A stretch of 64,000 nt of DNA, from NCBI GenBank assembly GCA_036253495.1, contig GCA_036253495.1_4125.1. One strand, 5' to 3'. The notes under the pieces are model-generated. The model was given only the letters and a program-made list of their open reading frames with translations. It searched no databases and was not told where the DNA came from. Within the stretch, counting starts at the first letter, position 1; each line of letters starts with the position of its first letter. The stretch is from a phage. Made by a program: the position numbers and the translations under genes. Positions 57,667 through 64,000 of the stretch are shown piece after piece.

Positions 57667-58530
57667 GTTGTCTCAATCAACCTACCGCTAATTGCTCTTG
57701 AAAGCACTACTGATGGTGATTTCTTTGATAAGATAGATGAGCATATGAACATTGCATACAGAGCACAGATGAACCGTGTAGAGCGTTTAAAAGGTACTAA
57801 GGCTAAACAGAACCCGATTCTGTTCATGGAAGGTGCTCTTGCACGTCTTGATGCAGAAGAAACTATTGACAAACTCTTCTACGATGGTTATGCTAGTATT
57901 AGTATTGGTTATGTAGGATTAGTTGAATGTTCAGAGATTTTGACTGGTTCAATCAGTAAAGAGTTCTGTATGTCAGTACTGAATTATATGAAAGTCAAAT
58001 GCGATGAGTTCAAAAAAGAGAGTAACATAGCTTTTAGTCTATATGGAACCCCAGCAGAGTCACTTTGCTACAAATTTGCACGTTGCATCGAATCTAAGTA
58101 CCCTTCAGTACTAAAACGTGATTACATCACAAATTCCTTCCATCAACCAGTATGGGTAGAAAGTTCACCATTTGATAAGTGGAGTTACGAAGAGGGCTTT
58201 GCTTACCTCAGCAATGGAGGAAACATCAGTTATGTGGAATCACCCAACCTAAGTAACAATATTCAAGCACTTGAGACTTTAGTCAATTACGCTTACACAA
58301 AGATTCCATATTTTGGCATCAACCAGCCAATTGACCAGTGTTTCGAGTGTGGGTATAAAGGTGAGTTCAGTGTAGATAAACACGGTTTTCATTGTCCAGT
58401 ATGTGATAATCGCAATGAGAAGACAATCTCAGTGATTCGTCGTGTTTCTGGATATTTGGGGAACCCATCGTCTCGTGGATTCAACAAAGGCAAACAACAA
58501 GAATGTTGTGAGCGTATACAACACAAATAA
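57667..58530 (+). CDS. nrdD: anaerobic ribonucleoside-triphosphate reductase NrdD, exon 2
   Basis: C-terminal part with zinc ribbon CFECGY...CPVCDN and glycyl-radical motif RRVSGYLG; exon junction reads ...FNLG|VVSINLPLIALE. Confidence 0.75.
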   Translation, partial: VVSINLPLIALESTTDGDFFDKIDEHMNIAYRAQMNRVERLKGTKAKQNPILFMEGALARLDAEETIDKLFYDGYASISIGYVGLVECSEILTGSISKEFCMSVLNYMKVKCDEFKKESNIAFSLYGTPAESLCYKFARCIESKYPSVLKRDYITNSFHQPVWVESSPFDKWSYEEGFAYLSNGGNISYVESPNLSNNIQALETLVNYAYTKIPYFGINQPIDQCFECGYKGEFSVDKHGFHCPVCDNRNEKTISVIRRVSGYLGNPSSRGFNKGKQQECCERIQHK

Positions 58531-58538
58531 GGTACATT

Positions 58539-58871
58539 ATGGATTTAAAGCCAATTGTAGTTAACAAATATAAAGAACCATATGATGTGTATATTGGTCG
58601 TGGGTCTAAATGGGGAAATCCATTTACCCACATTAATGACAAACAAACAAAGGCAGAGTTTATAGTTCCGACACGAGAAGAGTCGATTGAGAAGTTCAGA
58701 GAGTATCTTATCCAAAGAATTGAAAATGGTGAGGTTACTATCGAAGAACTACTTGAATTGGCTGGGAAGCGTCTTGGGTGCTTTTGTAAGCCAAAATCAT
58801 GTCATGGTGATGTTCTTGTAGAAATAGTGAGTGCAATATTAGATGAATTACCAGACGATAATCAAGGATGA
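58539..58871 (+). CDS. conserved phage protein of unknown function
   Basis: 110 aa; motifs YDVYIGRGSKWGNPF and GCFCKPKSCHGDVL. Confidence 0.65.
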   Translation: MDLKPIVVNKYKEPYDVYIGRGSKWGNPFTHINDKQTKAEFIVPTREESIEKFREYLIQRIENGEVTIEELLELAGKRLGCFCKPKSCHGDVLVEIVSAILDELPDDNQG

Positions 58872-59322
58872 TTTAGTCAATGGAGAGGGAGTTAGATGCT
58901 CCCTTTTTGTTTCAGGGTGTAGCCACGGATGTGAAGAATGCTTCAACGAAAAAGCATGGGATTATCGCAGTGGGGAAGTATTCAGTACTGAAACAGTTGA
59001 AATCATCCTGAATGAACTTAACAAGCCATATGTACAAGGATTATCCCTTTTAGGTGGTGATCCATTGATGCCAAAGAATATCAGTACTGTTATTGAGTTA
59101 TGTAAAGTAGTAAAAGAAAAATATCCAAATAAAGATATTTGGTGCTGGAGTGGTTATACTTTAGAGGAAATAATAAATAATCATGCCTCCGCAATACTAG
59201 AGTACATTGATGTATTAGTTGATGGTAAATTTATTCTTGAAGAAAAGAATTTAGAATTACCATTTAGAGGCTCTAATAATCAACGTATTCTTCGTAAAGG
59301 AGTAGATTATGCGTTATCTTGA
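58843..59322 (+). CDS. nrdG: anaerobic ribonucleotide reductase activating protein (radical SAM)
   Basis: 159 aa; N terminus MNYQ...VNGEGVRCSLFVSGC and cysteine cluster CSHGCEEC typical of NrdG. Confidence 0.85.
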   Translation: MNYQTIIKDDLVNGEGVRCSLFVSGCSHGCEECFNEKAWDYRSGEVFSTETVEIILNELNKPYVQGLSLLGGDPLMPKNISTVIELCKVVKEKYPNKDIWCWSGYTLEEIINNHASAILEYIDVLVDGKFILEEKNLELPFRGSNNQRILRKGVDYALS

Positions 59323-59467
59323 TATTATTTCTGAAAAGATACAGAAACGTGGAAATGAGTGGGTTGTTACTGACCACACAGGGAAGAAAGTTCTCGGTCG
59401 TCACCCAACCAGAAAAGAAGCACTTAAACAATTAAGAGCAGTTGAATTTTCTAAACACGGCGGTTAA
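59309..59467 (+). CDS. small hypothetical protein (52 aa)
   Basis: ATG overlapping the end of nrdG; below track size cut-off; terminator downstream. Confidence 0.35.
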   Translation: MRYLDIISEKIQKRGNEWVVTDHTGKKVLGRHPTRKEALKQLRAVEFSKHGG

Positions 59468-59474
59468 TATGAAG

Positions 59475-59500
59475 AAGCACCCTTTGGGTGCTTTTTTTAT
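59475..59500 (+). terminator. rho-independent terminator
   Basis: Hairpin agcaccc ttt gggtgct followed by TTTTTTT. Confidence 0.75.
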
Positions 59501-59505
59501 ACTAT

Positions 59506-59513
59506 TATAAATA
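59506..59513 (+). promoter_or_regulatory. T4-type late promoter TATAAATA
   Basis: Exact TATAAATA about 32 nt upstream of the tail-fibre-like gene start. Confidence 0.6.
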
Positions 59514-59544
59514 CACTATGGATATCTAGATAAAAGGGATATAT

Positions 59545-62244
59545 ATGGCAAAGAAAATATATGGTGGCATTGATGTTACACATAATGTAACAGTCAAAGG
59601 TAAGAGAAGTGTTCAGAGCATCAATGATAACGTATTTGATGAAAATGGCAATCTCACAATAGATGCATATACACAAGATGATATGCTGGAAATGGTTGGT
59701 ATGTTACCCATTTCTCGTTATGGTACACAAAACTATCTACCTGCTGGTGTCAATGGTACAACAGTTGGTTCTTCAGAAAATGCTAGTTCCAGAAATACAA
59801 AATTATTTTTGGAAGATGATAACACTTTAGTAATGTTACGTCCGGGTACTAATGGAAGTTCACAGGGGATTTATTATAGTTATATGACCCAGGCGGTTGG
59901 TACAACAAATACAAGTCGTATGGTTAATACTACTCGTGCATATAAACCAAATTATTTTGGTGCTGGGTATGCAGTTTATTTGTATCCAAGCAGTGATGAT
60001 ATTACTTGTGGTTTGGTGAGAACTGAAAATTCTGATGGTACATATATTGATAGAGTTTTTGTTTCAGTCAATAATGGTACTATGAATGATACAATGCACA
60101 CTGGTATTATTCTATCAGACCATACAGCCGTACAACCTTTTGGTGCAATACAATTTGTTATTCGTGCTGAAGATGGTTCATTATACTTTTTCAGTTTAGA
60201 TACACCAAGCAATACTCTTAAAATATCCGTTACTAAAGTTACTTTTAGTCCAAGTAATAACCCAGGTGGTGGTACTTATAGTGTTACTAGAATTACTGGT
60301 TGGGCCACAAGAACTTTTTATAATGCAATGGTATATGATGACAATATTGTTCCAACTATGAAAATAAATTCAACAAATACCAATGATAATCCATACGTTT
60401 TAATTCCAAGTGGTATTATTGGGTTTGGTGTTTATATGACAGATCCAGATTTATATGTTGCACAGAAATCTGGTACATCCGAATTCAGATTTAGATTATG
60501 TGGTGATATGTGGATGACAAATGGACGATATGACACACGCCCACAACATGGTTTTAGTATGACTTTTGATGTTGTGACAAAACAATGTAAATTAGATAAT
60601 ATGTTAACGACTACACCAGTTGCTGTTAATGACACGGGTTCAAGTATGAATGTAACGGGTCAATGCATAACAAAAGATCCATTTTATCTTCACGCGGGTC
60701 TGCGTAATATTTTTAGTAATTATTGCTATGTACCATCAACTGGTGATGCATTTTGTTCATTCTCACCAAACCTCGCAGAAGCATTGAACTTATCATATGC
60801 GAAATATCCACCACAGTCATTGTTTAATTTAATGAATGTTAGAAGTGTATCAGCAACTAATTTTATTAATGGTGTAGTATCACCAAGATTTGGTTCAGCA
60901 GTTGGTTCATACCAAGTAGGTGTAGAGTTATTACCAAATAACAGTACTAAACAATATTCAAGACGTTCTGGTGATGGTCGTTTTTATCCATCCTATGCTG
61001 TACATAAAGCTACACCGAACTTCACATTTAAGTCTCTAGACTATGGTACTGTTCCTGGTTATGAACCAACACCAGACCGAGCGTTTATAACTACACCAGA
61101 ATCTAGAATTTTTATAAGTTCAATTTCTGGATCAACGGTAACGACTAATGGTGGTGTTTTGGTGGCTGATAATAGAACATCAACTCCTATTAGTTTTGAT
61201 TATAAAGGTAATGTACTGAATAATGGTACAATCAGTATGTCTCAAGATATAATGAATGCTATTCGAAATTCCGAATTTGCTAAAGTTGCTAGTTCATGGA
61301 ATATATCACCAGAATCAATAAAAACATTATCTGTATTTGTTCCACAACAAACTGATATTCCTGTTTTTGGTGTTCTTGCAGCATCTACTACAGCCCGTGG
61401 TCTATATATTCGAGTTGTTGAATTGAATGTCAATACAAGAACTGGTGATATTACAACGTGGTCGTTCAAACGTTTAGTACATGAAAGTGTTCAAGCTGGG
61501 GATTACAAAACAGATACCGCATATCATCTTGATAGTGGAAGTATTGGTATTACTATATATGATGCGGGTTCTTTCTACTTCATTGGTGGTGGTATTCCTG
61601 GTTTCTTTAATACAGTTGGTAATACAAACTCTCCATTTTTCCGTGCTACAGTGGATAAAGCGACAGCCCAATTTAATAATTTCCATATAGCTGGTGGACG
61701 TCCGATCTATGCATTAGATGGTCAACCATTCGCTTTACCTAACATTGGGTTTGGTATTCTTCAAAGTATAGATAATAATAACAAAACAATTTTTAGAACA
61801 TATGGTACAACATTAGCGGATTATAATGCATGGACTGATAAAGGAAATCCAGTTATATGTCTTGTTTCCCAAGATGTTGCTCAAGGTTTTATTATATACT
61901 TCACCGAAGAGACACCAGTACTGATATCCGGTAAACACTATACATTACCAATATCAAATATAGATTTAACAACTGTGAAAGCAAATCCTGCCAATACTAC
62001 ATTTTATGTGTATATTAAATTAGTACAGGGTATTGCAAACTATCATATATCAACAACTGAATTAGCTGAAACTCATTCAATATTCTGGATTGGTACAGTG
62101 AAAACTGATAATTTACAAATAACCGAAATTAATATAGAAAAACGTTCTCGTTTAGACCTGTTTGGTTCATCATTCAACGCTGCCGGAAGTTCCTTCCCAG
62201 TAAGTTCTGGGTTCCCTTCAAGTTCTGGTAATGTGAATTGGTAA
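59545..62244 (+). CDS. tail fibre / receptor-binding protein candidate
   Basis: 899 aa; Gly/Ser/Thr/Asn-rich; late promoter; N-terminal block MLPISRYGTQNYLPAGVNGT shared with the ORF at 62856; C-terminal block shared with 62255..62845. Confidence 0.6.
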   Translation: MAKKIYGGIDVTHNVTVKGKRSVQSINDNVFDENGNLTIDAYTQDDMLEMVGMLPISRYGTQNYLPAGVNGTTVGSSENASSRNTKLFLEDDNTLVMLRPGTNGSSQGIYYSYMTQAVGTTNTSRMVNTTRAYKPNYFGAGYAVYLYPSSDDITCGLVRTENSDGTYIDRVFVSVNNGTMNDTMHTGIILSDHTAVQPFGAIQFVIRAEDGSLYFFSLDTPSNTLKISVTKVTFSPSNNPGGGTYSVTRITGWATRTFYNAMVYDDNIVPTMKINSTNTNDNPYVLIPSGIIGFGVYMTDPDLYVAQKSGTSEFRFRLCGDMWMTNGRYDTRPQHGFSMTFDVVTKQCKLDNMLTTTPVAVNDTGSSMNVTGQCITKDPFYLHAGLRNIFSNYCYVPSTGDAFCSFSPNLAEALNLSYAKYPPQSLFNLMNVRSVSATNFINGVVSPRFGSAVGSYQVGVELLPNNSTKQYSRRSGDGRFYPSYAVHKATPNFTFKSLDYGTVPGYEPTPDRAFITTPESRIFISSISGSTVTTNGGVLVADNRTSTPISFDYKGNVLNNGTISMSQDIMNAIRNSEFAKVASSWNISPESIKTLSVFVPQQTDIPVFGVLAASTTARGLYIRVVELNVNTRTGDITTWSFKRLVHESVQAGDYKTDTAYHLDSGSIGITIYDAGSFYFIGGGIPGFFNTVGNTNSPFFRATVDKATAQFNNFHIAGGRPIYALDGQPFALPNIGFGILQSIDNNNKTIFRTYGTTLADYNAWTDKGNPVICLVSQDVAQGFIIYFTEETPVLISGKHYTLPISNIDLTTVKANPANTTFYVYIKLVQGIANYHISTTELAETHSIFWIGTVKTDNLQITEINIEKRSRLDLFGSSFNAAGSSFPVSSGFPSSSGNVNW

Positions 62245-62254
62245 TGGAGATAAT

Positions 62255-62845
62255 ATGGCTTATAAATTTAGATCTGATGTGGAAGCGTATGCTTCCGTTA
62301 AATCACAAGGAAAAAATACTGGGACCACGATAACTGATCGTTCTGGTAATGTGTATCAAGCTGATGCTAATGGGAATGTTGATGTACCACTCATGAGTAC
62401 AGATGATGTGAATTACATTACCAGTTCCTTTCCGTTATCACAATTTGGTTCACTTTACAGTACTGAACCATTGGGTATTTCTGCTGCTGGTTTCAATTTA
62501 ACTTTCAGCAAAGAATTACCGTTATTCATGGCGGGAGCGGCGTATACCCTCCCAGCTAAAACAATAACGGACCCAGGAGTTACTGGAACTAATATTGAAA
62601 CACATTATGTATATGTTATATTAGATGTTGGGGTAGCTGACTACCTCATTTCTAAAACTCAACGCCCTGAAAGTAGTGTTAATATGTACATAGGACAACT
62701 GACAGTTTTCCCAGATGGCATTACAGGGGTCAGTATAAATAAAGTGTCAAGATTTGACGACTTCAGAGTAAGTGCTACAAAAATTGGTTCAGCTATCCCT
62801 ATCAGTTCTGGTACACCAGATGTGAATAGTGGGACAGAATGGTAA
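62255..62845 (+). CDS. tail-fibre-associated protein (shares C-terminal module with the upstream fibre gene)
   Basis: 196 aa; YTLPAKTITDP...HYVYVILDVG...SINKVSRFDDF parallels HYTLPISNIDL...FYVYIKLVQG...NIEKRSRLDLF; both end in SSG..W. Confidence 0.55.
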   Translation: MAYKFRSDVEAYASVKSQGKNTGTTITDRSGNVYQADANGNVDVPLMSTDDVNYITSSFPLSQFGSLYSTEPLGISAAGFNLTFSKELPLFMAGAAYTLPAKTITDPGVTGTNIETHYVYVILDVGVADYLISKTQRPESSVNMYIGQLTVFPDGITGVSINKVSRFDDFRVSATKIGSAIPISSGTPDVNSGTEW

Positions 62846-62855
62846 AGGAATATAT

Positions 62856-64000
62856 ATGGCTTCGAGACGAATTATAGGAAACGCAGAAATACTAGGGAAT
62901 TTGAAAATTAATGGAAAGTATGCATTACGTTCCTTTAATGGATTCCCTGCTGATTCTGCTGGTAATATCACTTACCAATATTATGACAAAGCGGAAGTGG
63001 ATCAAATGTTTGATATGCTTCCTGTTTCAAGGGTAGGTGATCAAGATTACCTACCGATGAGTATTAACGGTACATTTGAAGGTGCTTCTTCCTTTTCATT
63101 TGCAAAAATAATGCAACCTTGTATCATTGAAAATGATGGTACTGGTGTAATTTTACGTGCAGGTACAAATGGAAGTTCTTATGGTTTCTATTATGCTTAT
63201 ATAAAAAATATAAGAGATATAGAAACATTAACTCAAGATAATATAATTACAACCAACACGATGTATAGACCTTCTGTGCTACCAAGTACTGATTACATTT
63301 ATGAATTTTATGGGTCAAATGCATATGAATTACTATTTTGGGAATCGACTGATAGAGCATCATACTACCTTACATTAACAAATGAAACATTAAATGAATC
63401 TGCTCATAAACACTGTAGAATTCCAAAAACAGCAATAACAAATAAACCAATCTATGCACACATCGTAAATGATTCAGTTTATATATGGTGTATGGATTCA
63501 AGTGTATTGAGTAGTGTTCGCGGGTGTGCATTTATCATATACACAGTACCTTTAACTGCATTTAATACTGGTTCAGTTTCGACAGTAACACAGATTAGTG
63601 GTTATTCAGGAAGAACTATAAGAAATGTAACATACACTGCATCTAATAATATTCGTGTTTATGATAGTTATTCAGTGTTGGGTTCAGGTGGTGATGCACT
63701 AATAGCATATGATAATGGTGTTTCCAGAATAGATTATTGGGAAAATAACGCATTTAATACCCAAGCAGTTCTTAGCCCTGATGGTACAAAAATAAGAGTA
63801 GCGATATATCCAGGGTTTCGTGTCTTTACCGCAACAAAAACATCTAGTGTATATGCACTTGGTATCAGCTTTACATATGATATCAGTACTAAAACAATGA
63901 CACTTGACGGTTCTGAACGTGGTCCAATCAGAGTATCAGCTAATACATCAACTGGTAGTATAACAGTGAGTAACCCGTTTTCAATCAATATGGAAAACTT
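62856..64000 (+). CDS. second tail-fibre-like protein, 3-prime truncated by window end
   Basis: ATG 10 nt after upstream stop with AAAGGAA RBS; frame open to position 64000; N terminus paralogous to 59545 ORF (MLPVSRVGDQDYLPMSINGT; LRAGTNGSSYGFYYAY). Confidence 0.6.
   Translation, partial: MASRRIIGNAEILGNLKINGKYALRSFNGFPADSAGNITYQYYDKAEVDQMFDMLPVSRVGDQDYLPMSINGTFEGASSFSFAKIMQPCIIENDGTGVILRAGTNGSSYGFYYAYIKNIRDIETLTQDNIITTNTMYRPSVLPSTDYIYEFYGSNAYELLFWESTDRASYYLTLTNETLNESAHKHCRIPKTAITNKPIYAHIVNDSVYIWCMDSSVLSSVRGCAFIIYTVPLTAFNTGSVSTVTQISGYSGRTIRNVTYTASNNIRVYDSYSVLGSGGDALIAYDNGVSRIDYWENNAFNTQAVLSPDGTKIRVAIYPGFRVFTATKTSSVYALGISFTYDISTKTMTLDGSERGPIRVSANTSTGSITVSNPFSINMEN

Noticed and set aside
1-64000. 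Prophage or temperate-element hallmarks (integrase, transposase, att sites) and tRNA genes
   Set aside because: No integrase or transposase-like ORF and no tRNA-like cloverleaf seen by eye; the content is that of a virulent T4-like phage. A tRNAscan run would be needed to exclude tRNAs.

Overview
This 64 kb window looks like part of a large, AT-rich, virulent T4-like myophage genome. Almost all genes are on the + strand and tightly packed, with frequent ATGA or short overlaps. Recognisable functions include a methyl-accepting-chemotaxis-like membrane protein, a phage Dam-type N6-adenine methyltransferase, an HxGH nucleotidyltransferase, RNA ligase 1 and polynucleotide kinase/phosphatase, DNA ligase, two metallophosphoesterases, ClpP-like and HslV-like peptidases, dCMP deaminase plus a second small deaminase-like protein, a Sir2-Nudix gene pair, PIN-PhoH, and anaerobic ribonucleotide reductase nrdD split by a probable group I intron carrying a GIY-YIG homing endonuclease, followed by nrdG. 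Late genes are a minus-strand block with an Ig-like (Big_2) repeat protein and three + strand tail-fibre-like genes, both behind TATAAATA late promoters. The rest is long arrays of small ORFs of unknown function that fall into at least two paralogous families. The most unusual signals are: (1) strong over-representation of the palindrome AGTACT (often CAGTACTG) in the early region; (2) the expanded small-protein families; (3) a ~630 bp ORF-free, GC-enriched island; (4) a phage-borne chemoreceptor-like gene; (5) a Sir2/Nudix module. No tRNA, CRISPR array, integrase or transposase was seen. All assignments come from reading motifs by eye; no database search was run, and hand-derived coordinates for promoters and terminators may be off by 1-2 nt.
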